Positions 27,433 to 36,621 of a stretch of DNA of 38,554 bases are shown here, piece after piece; position 1 is the first letter of the stretch; the number at the start of each line of letters is the position of its first letter. The notes under the pieces were generated by a model. The model was not told the origin of the DNA. It ran no database searches and saw nothing but the letters and a program-made list of their open reading frames with translations. Made by a program: the position numbers and the translations under genes. The stretch comes from an uncultured Planctomycetales bacterium (lineage in GTDB: Bacteria; Planctomycetota; Planctomycetia; Pirellulales; Thermoguttaceae), in the NCBI GenBank assembly GCA_937889015.1, contig CALARR010000045.1:1-38554 (forward strand), in the 5' to 3' direction.

Positions 27433-30400
27433 TTACTTGGCCTGATCTTCCGACGGCGGTTCCACCTTCTTCTGCTCGTCGGCGGCCGGAGGCGATCCTT
27501 CTTTCTTCTCGCCGGTGGCCGGAGGCGGTCCCTGCTGGAATTCGTAGAACTGCATCAAATCGCTGAAGCTGCGCAGCGGCGCCTTGCCGGCCTTCATCTC
27601 GTCGCTCAGTGGCACCACCGGCTTCTTGGGCTTGGGCTTGGGTACGTACGGCGCGCGGGGCGGCCCCGCGGGACGACCGCGGCCCTGTTGCGGCGGACGA
27701 CGCCGATCGCGGTCCCGGTCCCGATCACGGTCGCGGCGCTCGGGCGGTCGCCCCTCGCGCGGCGCGGCCTGTGCCGCGGAGCCCCCCTCGGCAGCCGACG
27801 CCTGTTCCGGCTTGGCCGGTCGACGCCCATGCGTTCGCGGACTGCCGGGCGGAATCATGGTCAGCGACACGCGCCGCCGCTGCTTGTCCACTTCCAGCAC
27901 CCAGACTTTGACGATGTCGCCCACGGCCACAACCTCGTGCGGATCGCGGATGAACTTATCGGCCAACTGGCTCACGTGGATCAGGCCGCTGTGGTGCACG
28001 CCGATATCCACAAAGGCTCCGAAATCAACCACGTTGAGGATCGTGCCGGTGAGCTCCATGCCGGTAGCAAGGTCTTCGAGCTTTAGCACGCCCTGCTTGA
28101 AGACCGGCCGCGGCAAATCTTCGCGCGGGTCGCGCCCAGGACGCTTGAACTGGGTCAGAATGTCCTTGAGTGTCAGCACCCCGACATCCAACTCCTGGGC
28201 CGTCTGCTCCAGGTCGACTTGGGCCACCTGCTCGGCGAGCTTGGCGGCCTTGTCCTTGTCGACCAGGTCGGCCGGCGTGGCGCCCAGCTTGCTCAGGGCG
28301 CGGAGGGCCACATCATAGCTTTCGGGATGGATCCAGGTGGCGTCCAGCGGGTTGTCGCCGTCGCCGATCTTCAAGAAACCGGCGGCCTGCACGAATGTCG
28401 TCTCGCCAAAGCCGGCCACGGCCTTGAGCTGCTCGCGCGTGCGGAAGGGGCCCTGCTGGCGGCGATGTTCGAACACGCGGCGCGCGGTCAACTGGTTCAA
28501 GCCCGACACGTAACGCAACAGGGCCGAGCTGGCCGTGTTCACGTCCACGCCCACGAAGTTCACGCACGACTCCACCACTTCGTCCAGCGAAGTGCGGAGG
28601 TGCTTGGCCTTCACGTCGTGCTGATAGAGGCCCACGCCGATGTTCGCCGCGTCGATCTTCACCAGTTCGCTGAGCGGATCCTGCAGGCGGCGACCGATGG
28701 AGATCGCCCCCCGCGCCGTGGCGTCGTACTGCGGGAATTCCTCGCGTCCCAAACGGCTCGTAGAGTACACGCTGGCGCCCGCCTCGTTGACGATCACGTA
28801 CGCCACGCCACGGCCGGCCAACTCATTGCCGAGCAGATGGCCGATGAAATCCTCGGTCTCACGACAAGCCGTGCCATTGCCGATGACCACCACCTGCAAC
28901 TCGTGGCGGGTGATGATGTCCGCCACGCGCTGTGCGGCCTCCTGGCGGCGATCGTCCTTGCCGATCAGGTAGAACACGCCGTGCTCCAGCACGTTGCCGA
29001 ACTGGTCCAAGGCGACCATCTTGCAGCCGCTCTTGTAGCCCGGATCCAAAGCCAACAAACGCCGGTCCCGAATCGGCGGCTGCAACAGCAGGTTCCGCAG
29101 GTTGCGCGCAAAGACCTCGACCGCGTGCGACTCGGCACGTTCGGTCAACTCGCGGCGGATCTCGCGGTCCAGGCTGGGAAGCACCAGCCGCACCAGGGCG
29201 TCGCGCGCACAGCCGCGCAAGAAATCGGCGTGGGGGTGGTCGGGCGGAACGCAGGTCTCGTCCACGGCCACGTACATCGCCTCCAGATCGCACTCCAGCT
29301 TGACGCGCAGTACCTTAGCGCGTTCGCCGCGGTTGATGGCCAAGACCCGGTGCGGCGGAATCTTCTTGATCTCTTCGGCGTAGTTGTAGTAGTCGGCGAA
29401 GGCCTTCTTCTTCTGCTCCTCCTTCTTCTTCTTCAACTCCGCTTTACGTTCGGCCTTGGCCGCCTTGGCTTTGGCCTTGGCCTTCTTCGCGCCATCGGAG
29501 ACGGTCGGCAAGGCGGGAGCAATGGTCGGCGCTTCGGCCGCAGGGGCAACACCTTCGGCCGGTGCCGCGCCAACCGCATCGACCGCCGACGCAGCCAGAC
29601 TCGCTTCGACCGCAGTCGGCTCTTGCGGTGACGACTCGAGCTGAACTGGCGTTTCGGCGACGGCGGCGCAAGACGCGACGGCGTTCGAAAGGCCGGCGTC
29701 CGCCACCGGCTCGACTGCCGGAGTAGAGGGAACCGCCGCGGCGAGGGATTCAGGCTCGGGCTCGGCACGCGCCTGCTCGGACGCGGCTTCCAGCGTGACA
29801 GCCTCCTCGGGCGCAGTTTCCGGATCGCTCTGGGGCGACTCAAGCTCCTCGCCCGCCGACAGATCGGCGTCCGAGGGGTGGAATTCCTCGGTCTCGGGCG
29901 TTTCGTCGAGGGGCGCGACGTCAGGCGACTCGTCTACGGCGACGTCAGCCGCAGTCGCGTCGGCTGGCTTCTCGGCCGCCTTGCCCTCTGCTGCGCTGCC
30001 TGTGCTCACCAGCTTTCCGCTCCGCTGCAGTATTTCGCGGAGCCGCTGGCGAAGATCGGCTCGTTCGCTGAAGGTCTCGGCAAGAATGTGGCCCGCGCCC
30101 AACAGGGCGTCGGCGCCGTTGAGAACCTTGCGATCGGGGTTGGCAAAGTCGGCCGCGCGGCGGTCCAGGTCGGCGGCCAAGGGGGCGGCGTCGAGAATTT
30201 CCTGGGCCAGCTCTTCCAGCCCTCGGCTGCGAGCCAACGTGGCCAGAGTCTGCTTCTTCGGCTTGTAGGGCAGATACAGATCTTCCAATCGCTTGGTGGT
30301 GGCAGCGCCCTGAATCTGCTTGGCCAGCTTCTCCGTGAGCTTGCCCTGCGACTCAATTGAACGCAGGATCGTCTGCTTTCGCTCCGCCAGGAAGCGGAGC

Positions 30401-30591
30401 TTGATCAGACGCGATTGGATCTCTCGAATCTTCTCTTCGTCCATCCCGCCGGTGCGATCTTTGCGATAGCGGGTGATGAAGGGGACTGTATTTCCCTCGT
30501 CGAGCAGGTCGACAACCGCCTGAACTCTCTCAAGAGGAAGGTCGAGTCCACGAATCAGGTGACGAAGATCAACGCTTACCGTGCTGGCCAT
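27433..30591 (-). CDS. tex: Tex-like transcription accessory protein (Tex_N/YqgF/HhH/S1) with a ~250-aa low-complexity insertion and an Arg/Asp/Pro-rich tail
   Basis: The N-terminus (VPFITRYRKDRTGGMDEEKIREI) is a Tex signature. The S1 domain is GMELTGTILNVVDFGAFVDIGVHHSGLIHVSQLADKFIRDPHEVVAVGDIV. An acidic/Ala/Pro-rich insert with a KKAKAKAKAAKAERKAELKKKKEEQKKK block lies between the N-terminal and YqgF parts. The C-terminal tail is RRDRDRDRDRDRRRPP. Confidence 0.88.
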   Translation of the reverse strand: MASTVSVDLRHLIRGLDLPLERVQAVVDLLDEGNTVPFITRYRKDRTGGMDEEKIREIQSRLIKLRFLAERKQTILRSIESQGKLTEKLAKQIQGAATTKRLEDLYLPYKPKKQTLATLARSRGLEELAQEILDAAPLAADLDRRAADFANPDRKVLNGADALLGAGHILAETFSERADLRQRLREILQRSGKLVSTGSAAEGKAAEKPADATAADVAVDESPDVAPLDETPETEEFHPSDADLSAGEELESPQSDPETAPEEAVTLEAASEQARAEPEPESLAAAVPSTPAVEPVADAGLSNAVASCAAVAETPVQLESSPQEPTAVEASLAASAVDAVGAAPAEGVAPAAEAPTIAPALPTVSDGAKKAKAKAKAAKAERKAELKKKKEEQKKKAFADYYNYAEEIKKIPPHRVLAINRGERAKVLRVKLECDLEAMYVAVDETCVPPDHPHADFLRGCARDALVRLVLPSLDREIRRELTERAESHAVEVFARNLRNLLLQPPIRDRRLLALDPGYKSGCKMVALDQFGNVLEHGVFYLIGKDDRRQEAAQRVADIITRHELQVVVIGNGTACRETEDFIGHLLGNELAGRGVAYVIVNEAGASVYSTSRLGREEFPQYDATARGAISIGRRLQDPLSELVKIDAANIGVGLYQHDVKAKHLRTSLDEVVESCVNFVGVDVNTASSALLRYVSGLNQLTARRVFEHRRQQGPFRTREQLKAVAGFGETTFVQAAGFLKIGDGDNPLDATWIHPESYDVALRALSKLGATPADLVDKDKAAKLAEQVAQVDLEQTAQELDVGVLTLKDILTQFKRPGRDPREDLPRPVFKQGVLKLEDLATGMELTGTILNVVDFGAFVDIGVHHSGLIHVSQLADKFIRDPHEVVAVGDIVKVWVLEVDKQRRRVSLTMIPPGSPRTHGRRPAKPEQASAAEGGSAAQAAPREGRPPERRDRDRDRDRDRRRPPQQGRGRPAGPPRAPYVPKPKPKKPVVPLSDEMKAGKAPLRSFSDLMQFYEFQQGPPPATGEKKEGSPPAADEQKKVEPPSEDQAK

Positions 30592-31061
30592 AAAAATCGA
30601 GGGGCACCAAGGCGAAACATACTGGCCGGCAAATCCGGCGTTCGTTTCTCAGTTTGTCATGGCGGGCACAAGGCTCGCCTCCGGTCAAAGTCCGCAAACG
30701 ATCGGTTTCATTCCACCCCACCAAGCGGCGAGTCTCAGGTTACAGGCCGCAGACCTATCCGCATGGGGGGACCAACAGCGCGCCGTGGCTAAAGCTTCAG
30801 GCGGGGCGTCGGGGAGTTTTGGGTAAACCAGAAGAACGCCGCTCAAAGCGGTCGCCACCTGTCCCAACCCGGAAAACACATTTGTCAAGCAAAACCGCTA
30901 TTTTCGGTCAAAAGGATCAAACCCACAAGAGACCACCTGCCGATAATGGGAAGGCAATTGGGGACCCCGAACGGCAGCCCTTGGGCAGGCGTCCGGTCCT
31001 CGTTGCCGGTTGGTCAGGGAGGCTCACGGCCAGCCGCAGCCCACGGGAAGGAACCGCACGC

Positions 31062-31307
31062 ATGCAACCCAACCACCTCCGCATCTTCCGGCCGCAAGAG
31101 GATGCCCCCACGGTAACCGTCAACGAGAGCCAGAATCAGCAGCAAACGGTGAGTGTGTCGCTGGGTGAGATTCTGCCCCTGCTGGCCGACGCCATTCGTT
31201 CCGAGCGAACCTGGTTGCGGGATTTCGCCGAGGACCAAGTCAACATCTCGCTCGATTTGTACGAAGTCCTCCTGGCGTACCAGTATTATCGCCGTCCTTC
31301 GGCTTGA
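31062..31307 (+). CDS. Hypothetical small protein (81 aa)
   Basis: The ATG at 31062 is preceded by GGAAGGAA. A clean intrinsic terminator follows downstream. I recognise no family. Confidence 0.45.
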   Translation: MQPNHLRIFRPQEDAPTVTVNESQNQQQTVSVSLGEILPLLADAIRSERTWLRDFAEDQVNISLDLYEVLLAYQYYRRPSA

Positions 31308-31358
31308 AAGGAAATCTGTTCGGCTTCGTGCCGTTTGGCAGATACGCGTATCTCTCTC

Positions 31359-31386
31359 GCCCGGCCAGGCGGCCGGGATTTTTTTT
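31359..31386 (+). terminator. Rho-independent terminator: GCCCGGCC, AGGC loop, GGCCGGG, then T8
   Basis: A GC-rich hairpin is directly followed by eight T residues. A perfect 14-bp palindrome (AGATACGCGTATCT) lies at 31340-31353 just upstream. Confidence 0.65.
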
Positions 31387-31614
31387 GCGCAATACCCTGA
31401 GTCTATGAAAGTCGTGGGGGGTTGGCAAGGCGGCCGCCGCGAGGGGCCAGACACAAGGGGCCGGCCAAGGCGGTCCGGAGCCCTCGGTTCGGTGCTGGAA
31501 TGGCCGCCAGGAACTTGGACAAAACACCCCGGCCGGAGCACAATGATTTGTGCAACCTCTTTCCGACCTAATTATAATGAGAGTGTACCGCTTGCTTTGT
31601 AGTCGAGGCCGCCT

Positions 31615-32736
31615 GTGAGTCGAATCCGTCCCGATCAACCGCACGTTCCCCCCCAGGTCCCCACCGTTGCTCCAGGATCAGCGTCCTCCGAGGAGCAGGA
31701 TCTCGACTGGACGAACGATATCGCGCGAGCCCGGTACGCCGAATTGCCGCCTGATCCGCGGCGGATCGCCGACCTGATCGCCAAGATCAAGGAGTCGGCC
31801 GACAAGCTAGCCAAGGACCACACTAGCCGCGGCGACCTGAAGATCCTCAGCCGGACCCTGGCCGAACTGCGCTACGCGTTCAAGGTCTTCGGCCCCTATC
31901 GCTCCAGCCGCAAAGTGACCGTGTTCGGCTCCGCGCGCACGCCCCCCGGACATCCGGCCTACCAACAGGCGGTGGACTTTGGTCGGACCATGGCCGAAAA
32001 GGACTGGCTGGTCGTGACGGGCGGGGCCAGCGGGATCATGGAGGCGGGCCACGTGGGCGCCGGACGCGAGAAGTCCATGGGCTTGAATATCCTGCTGCCG
32101 TTTGAGCAGGCGGCCAACCCGGTGATCGCCGGCGACCACAAGCTGGTGCACATGAAGTACTTCTTCACGCGCAAGCTGATGTTCGTCAAGGAAAGCGACG
32201 CGATCTGCCTGCTGCCCGGCGGATTCGGCACGCTGGACGAGGGCCTGGAGGTCCTGACGCTGCTGCAGACCGGCAAGCGCGACATGGTGCCGGTCGTGTT
32301 TCTCGATGAGCCCGGCGGCGACTACTGGGGCTTCTTTGACGACTTTGTGCGGCAGCGGCTGTTGGCTCGCGGTTTGATCAGTCCTCAAGACATGTCGCTC
32401 TATCGCCGCACCGACAACGTGCAGGACGCCGTCGACGAGATTGTAGGATTCTTCCGGCTGTATCACAGCATGCGCTACGTGCACAAGAATCTGGTGCTGC
32501 GTTTGACCGAGCAGCCCAGCGAGGCCCTGCTGCAGGAAATCAACGAGCAGTACGCGGACTTGCTGCTGCGGGGCCAGTTCGTGCTCAGCGGACCGTTGCC
32601 GGAGGAGCAGGGCGAGCCGGACTTGACGCATTTGCCGCGCCTGGTCTTCGAGTTCAACCGGCGCGATTTCGGCCGCTTGCGGCAGTTGATCGATTGCCTG
32701 AATCGTCGAGCTGCCGAACAGTCCAAGGCAGCGTGA
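31615..32736 (+). CDS. LOG-family protein (TIGR00730; PpnN/YgdH-like nucleotide 5'-monophosphate nucleosidase type)
   Basis: Contains VVTGGASGIMEAG and LLPGGFGTLDEGLEVLTL LOG motifs, plus a C-terminal extension (YHSMRYVHKN...) as in PpnN-type proteins. The start is GTG at 31615. TATAAT lies at ~31575 upstream. Confidence 0.8.
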   Translation: MSRIRPDQPHVPPQVPTVAPGSASSEEQDLDWTNDIARARYAELPPDPRRIADLIAKIKESADKLAKDHTSRGDLKILSRTLAELRYAFKVFGPYRSSRKVTVFGSARTPPGHPAYQQAVDFGRTMAEKDWLVVTGGASGIMEAGHVGAGREKSMGLNILLPFEQAANPVIAGDHKLVHMKYFFTRKLMFVKESDAICLLPGGFGTLDEGLEVLTLLQTGKRDMVPVVFLDEPGGDYWGFFDDFVRQRLLARGLISPQDMSLYRRTDNVQDAVDEIVGFFRLYHSMRYVHKNLVLRLTEQPSEALLQEINEQYADLLLRGQFVLSGPLPEEQGEPDLTHLPRLVFEFNRRDFGRLRQLIDCLNRRAAEQSKAA

Positions 32737-32747
32737 GGACGCTGGGG

Positions 32748-34097
32748 TCAGGGATGCTGGGCGGGAGATGCGGGACAGACGCAGGTCACGCCCCGCGGCC
32801 GCGTTCGCAAGACGCCCCACAGGATGAGCCCCGCCAGAAAGACGCCCAGGCTCACGTTCTGCGAGATGCTCATCTCGGTCCCGAACACGGCGCTCTCGTC
32901 CACCCGAATGATTTCCAACAGGAAGCGACAAACGGGGTAGATCGTTAGCGTCAAGGCCACCAGTTCTCCGTCGCGCTTCCGGAATGGGTCGTAGGCCAAT
33001 AGCAGCAGGCAAAGCAACAGGCCATTGACCGATCCGTAGAGCTGCGCCGGATGCACCGGCAAGCTACGAGGCATGGGGCCGCTGACGGTGAAGCGATGGT
33101 TTTCGGCCGGCGGTCCGGTGGCGATGGTCACGGCCGTGCCCGGCTCCTCGATTTGCACCAGCAGCGACAGGGCCTGCAGCGGCGAACGCACCGGGAGGTC
33201 GTTGATCTTCAAGATCCGCTGGCCGGGAGCCAGTCCCGCAGCGGCGGCGGACGAGTCGGGCTGCACCTCGGCGATCACCACCCCATTCGGCGCCTGAGGC
33301 TGCAGCTTCAGCCCATGCACGAAAACCATCCCATGCTCGACCTGATGCGTGTGTGGAGGGCTGCTCCATGGAAAGGTGACGGCCCAAGGCACATCGCACG
33401 TGCCGCCGAAGCAGCAGCCATTGAGCATACAGCCCAACCGGCCCAGGGCCAACCCGAGCATGAAACTCGGTGCGAACAGGTCGCCCATGACCAGGAAGGA
33501 CAAGCGGTATCGCACGACGAAGACGATCAGCCCCGCCAGCCCCCCGATAAACGAACCGTAGACCACCAACCCACCCTGGGCCACATTGAGCACGGCGAGC
33601 AAGGTCTCGCGCAAGGTATCGTGCCGGTAATTGGCCCAGTATTCGATGACGTAGAACGCGCGCGCCCCGATGATCCCCGGCACGAACATCCAGAAAACCA
33701 TCGAGATCACCAGGTCCGCATCGATCCCCATGCGCCGGGCACGCCACAGCGCCAACCCGGTTCCGGCCAGGACGGCCAGCAGCAGCATCACCCCGTAGCT
33801 GCGGATCGGCAGGCCAGCCGGCTCGCACAAGGCCGGCAACAACCAATAGATGACGGCCCCAATCAGCACGAACAGGGGCACATAGCTCCAGGTGTCGGAG
33901 GTGGGCCCCTGGCGCCACAGCAGCCATCCCACGAACAAGACCCCAAACAGGCACCAAACCACCAACAAGAGTGGAAAGAGCGGAACGCCAGCAACTTCGT
34001 TGGGGATGAAGAACAGCGTTCGCAGCACTTGTGGGACCCTCGAGGCGTTGCGGCAGGCCAGTCGCCGGGGAGCGCCCGACCTCGGCCGGGCAGTCAT
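32748..34097 (-). CDS. lgt: Prolipoprotein diacylglyceryl transferase with an inserted PDZ-like domain
   Basis: The Lgt signature GRLGCMLNGCCFGG (compare E. coli GRLGNFINGELWG) and the C-terminal HPAQLYGS...YPVCRFLLEIIRVDE align to Lgt. A ~100-aa segment (GLKLQPQAPNGVVIAEVQPDSSAAAAGLAPGQRILKINDLPVRSPLQALSLLV) with PDZ character is inserted in the periplasmic region. Confidence 0.85.
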   Translation of the reverse strand: MTARPRSGAPRRLACRNASRVPQVLRTLFFIPNEVAGVPLFPLLLVVWCLFGVLFVGWLLWRQGPTSDTWSYVPLFVLIGAVIYWLLPALCEPAGLPIRSYGVMLLLAVLAGTGLALWRARRMGIDADLVISMVFWMFVPGIIGARAFYVIEYWANYRHDTLRETLLAVLNVAQGGLVVYGSFIGGLAGLIVFVVRYRLSFLVMGDLFAPSFMLGLALGRLGCMLNGCCFGGTCDVPWAVTFPWSSPPHTHQVEHGMVFVHGLKLQPQAPNGVVIAEVQPDSSAAAAGLAPGQRILKINDLPVRSPLQALSLLVQIEEPGTAVTIATGPPAENHRFTVSGPMPRSLPVHPAQLYGSVNGLLLCLLLLAYDPFRKRDGELVALTLTIYPVCRFLLEIIRVDESAVFGTEMSISQNVSLGVFLAGLILWGVLRTRPRGVTCVCPASPAQHP

Positions 34098-34148
34098 CTT
34101 ACCGCGAGCGGCAAATGGCGTCTAACCCAGAGTGGCGGTTTGGGGCGT

Positions 34149-35675
34149 TCAATTGGGTCTGGGACCGCCCCGCTGCGGCTTGGCTGACGACCAGCGCTTG
34201 GGCTCAAGCTGCAGAGGTTCGCCCGTGTTCCAGTCGAACCACAGATCGCCCTCGACCAGCCGGCCAGACTCGCGCACGCCCGAGCCCTTCTGTTTGGTGG
34301 CCGAGTCCCCCAGTTCCACCCGAATGCGGTCAGCCAGGCGTTTGAGTTGGTCCACGATGTCTGGATGCGCGTCGGCCACGTTGGTCGTCTCGCCCGGGTC
34401 TTTCTCCAGGTTGAACAGCGCCAAGTCGATCTTCGCCTGCTCGTACTGGACCGGGATGCCGTCCTTGCCCCCCGGCCGGCCGTTGAGCGTGCGATACGGA
34501 TGCGGGAAGTGCAGCTTCCACGCCCCCATCCGCACCGCGTCGAGGTGGTTGCCCCAATAGAAATAGTAGGCCTCGTGCGGGCTCTTGGCCCCGGGCTGGC
34601 CGGCGATGAGGGGCCAGATGTCCAGGCCGTCGATCTTGTGCTCAGGCAGCTTGGCCCCGACGAGGCGCGCGATCGTGGGCAGGATGTCGATGGTCATGGC
34701 TGGCGTATTGCAGACCGTGCCGGCGGGGATCTTGCCCGGCCAGCGCATCAGCGTGGGCACGCGGCAACCGCCGTCGAACATGGTGCCCTTGCCTTCGCGC
34801 AGGGGACCGGCCGAGCCGGCGTGATCGCCGTAGCTCAACCAGGGGCCGTTGTCGCTGGTGAAGACGACCATCGTATCCTGATCCAGCCCGTTGCGGCGCA
34901 GGGCGTCCAGGATCTGGCCGACCGACCAGTCGACTTCCATCACCACGTCGCCGAACAGGCCGCGCGCGCTCTTGCCTTTGAACTTGTCCGACACGTGCAG
35001 CGGCACGTGGACCATGGAGTGCGGCAAATAGACCAAGAAGGGCCGGTTCTTGTTCTTGTCGATGAACCGCACGGCGTGCTCGGTGTACTGCGTGGTGAGT
35101 TGGTTCTGATCGGCGTGGCCCACGTTGGGATTGACGACCTTTGCCCCCTCGAACAGCGGCAGGTTGCAGAACCTGTTGCCGGCCTCCGGGTGCAAGGGCC
35201 ACATGTCGTTCGAGTAGGGCAGGCCGTAGTATTCGTCGAACCCGTGGTTGGTAGGCAAGAACTTGGGATGGTGCCCCAGGTGCCACTTACCGAAGCAGGC
35301 CGTGGCATAGCCCTTCTGCTTGACCAGTTCGGCCAGGGTCATCTCGTCGGCGCTGATCCCGATGTTGGACCGGTGGCTCAACGCGCCCATAATCCCTACG
35401 CGCACGTTGTAGCAGCCGGTCATGAGGCTCGAACGAGAGGCCGAGCAGACGGCCGTAGCCACATAGAAGTCGGTGAAACGGCGTCCCTCGCGCGCCATGC
35501 GATCGAGGTTGGGGGTCTGGTATCCGGTGGCGCCAAACGGCCCGATGTCGGCATAGGCCATGTCGTCGATGAAGACGACGACGAAGTTGGGCAACCGCTC
35601 GGCCGCCCCACACCGTGTGCAGACCAGAACGACGAGCACAAAGCCAAGCAAGACGCGGGCCAGGGATTGTGACAT
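34149..35675 (-). CDS. Arylsulfatase-family (type I sulfatase) secreted protein
   Basis: A signal peptide is followed by [16 protein letters not shown]...[15 protein letters not shown] (formylglycine motif region) and GKWHLG. This is the sulfatase fold. The formylglycine motif is C-S-A-S-R, with Ala where Pro is usual. Confidence 0.9.
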   Translation of the reverse strand: MSQSLARVLLGFVLVVLVCTRCGAAERLPNFVVVFIDDMAYADIGPFGATGYQTPNLDRMAREGRRFTDFYVATAVCSASRSSLMTGCYNVRVGIMGALSHRSNIGISADEMTLAELVKQKGYATACFGKWHLGHHPKFLPTNHGFDEYYGLPYSNDMWPLHPEAGNRFCNLPLFEGAKVVNPNVGHADQNQLTTQYTEHAVRFIDKNKNRPFLVYLPHSMVHVPLHVSDKFKGKSARGLFGDVVMEVDWSVGQILDALRRNGLDQDTMVVFTSDNGPWLSYGDHAGSAGPLREGKGTMFDGGCRVPTLMRWPGKIPAGTVCNTPAMTIDILPTIARLVGAKLPEHKIDGLDIWPLIAGQPGAKSPHEAYYFYWGNHLDAVRMGAWKLHFPHPYRTLNGRPGGKDGIPVQYEQAKIDLALFNLEKDPGETTNVADAHPDIVDQLKRLADRIRVELGDSATKQKGSGVRESGRLVEGDLWFDWNTGEPLQLEPKRWSSAKPQRGGPRPN

Positions 35676-35786
35676 GACGGGTTCTCCCTACGCGATGGAA
35701 CATCGCCGCGCGGTCGCGCAAGGCGCGCGACCGCTGGTCGTGAACAACCAGGACACTGTCCATGGTTGCGGCTCGGGCCGGCCGAG

Positions 35787-36581
35787 TCAACTTCTTTCTT
35801 GCCGGACCAGTGCCTGGACGATTGGCCGGAACAGGGGCATCTGCATGAATCGGGCCAGCAGGGCCATGCGTCGGCCAGGGATCACGATCACCCGCCTGCG
35901 CCGCAGGTTGCGGAGCGAGCAATCGACCACCTGTTCCGACGTCAGCCACATCCAACGCGGAATAGACCGCGGGTCGAAGGTCTTCATCCCGTCGGCCGCG
36001 TGGAACCCGGTGTACACGAACCCGGGGCACAAGGCCTGGATGCGGATGCCCGTATCGCGTACCTCGTCCTGAACGGCTTGCGAAAAGGCGACCAGATGCG
36101 CCTTGGTCGAAGAGTAGGAGACTACTCCCGCGCAGGGCGTCCAGGCGCACAGCGAAGCCACGTTGACGATCGCCCCACGATTGCACTGCAGCATGCCGGG
36201 CAGGACCGCGTGCGTCAGGCGCACGGCCGCCAGGTTGTGGACCCGGAGCATGTCCAGGTGCCGCTCCACGTCGGCGTCGATGAAGTACTTGGCCAGCCCA
36301 AAACCGGCGTTGTTGACGAGGATTCCGATGGGGCCGAGCCCAGCCAGCTCGGCCGCCAGCGATCTCATCGCGTCCATGTCGGTCATTTCGGTCGGCCGGG
36401 CTCGGGCGGCAACGCCGTGCTGGCTGGCCAGGTCGGCCGCAAGCGGTTCCAGCACCTCGGCCCGGCGATCGACCAGCACCAGGTCGTAGCCCTCAGCGGC
36501 CAATCGGCGCGCGAAACACACCCCCAAACCGCCCGCCGCGCCGGTCACCACCGCGGTCTGGTTCTTGCGAACGATCATCAC
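35787..36581 (-). CDS. Short-chain dehydrogenase/reductase (SDR) family oxidoreductase
   Basis: Contains TGAAGGLG (Rossmann motif), NNAG, and the catalytic YSSTK. Confidence 0.85.
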   Translation of the reverse strand: MMIVRKNQTAVVTGAAGGLGVCFARRLAAEGYDLVLVDRRAEVLEPLAADLASQHGVAARARPTEMTDMDAMRSLAAELAGLGPIGILVNNAGFGLAKYFIDADVERHLDMLRVHNLAAVRLTHAVLPGMLQCNRGAIVNVASLCAWTPCAGVVSYSSTKAHLVAFSQAVQDEVRDTGIRIQALCPGFVYTGFHAADGMKTFDPRSIPRWMWLTSEQVVDCSLRNLRRRRVIVIPGRRMALLARFMQMPLFRPIVQALVRQERS

Positions 36582-36621
36582 AGGTCTCGCTCCAAGGAAG
36601 ATGGCGGCTCGTCGGCCGCGC

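Noticed and set aside
28219-29631. 470-aa ORF antisense to the Tex-like gene, and several 100-160-aa ORFs (28859..29293, 29433..29843, 29795..30268) within the Tex low-complexity insert
   Set aside because: The Tex frame is continuous through the region with conserved domains on both sides. The alternative frames are Arg/Pro/Ser-rich translations of the same repeats.
34347-35672. 441-aa ORF antisense to the sulfatase gene
   Set aside because: The sulfatase frame has clear family motifs. The antisense ORF is spurious.
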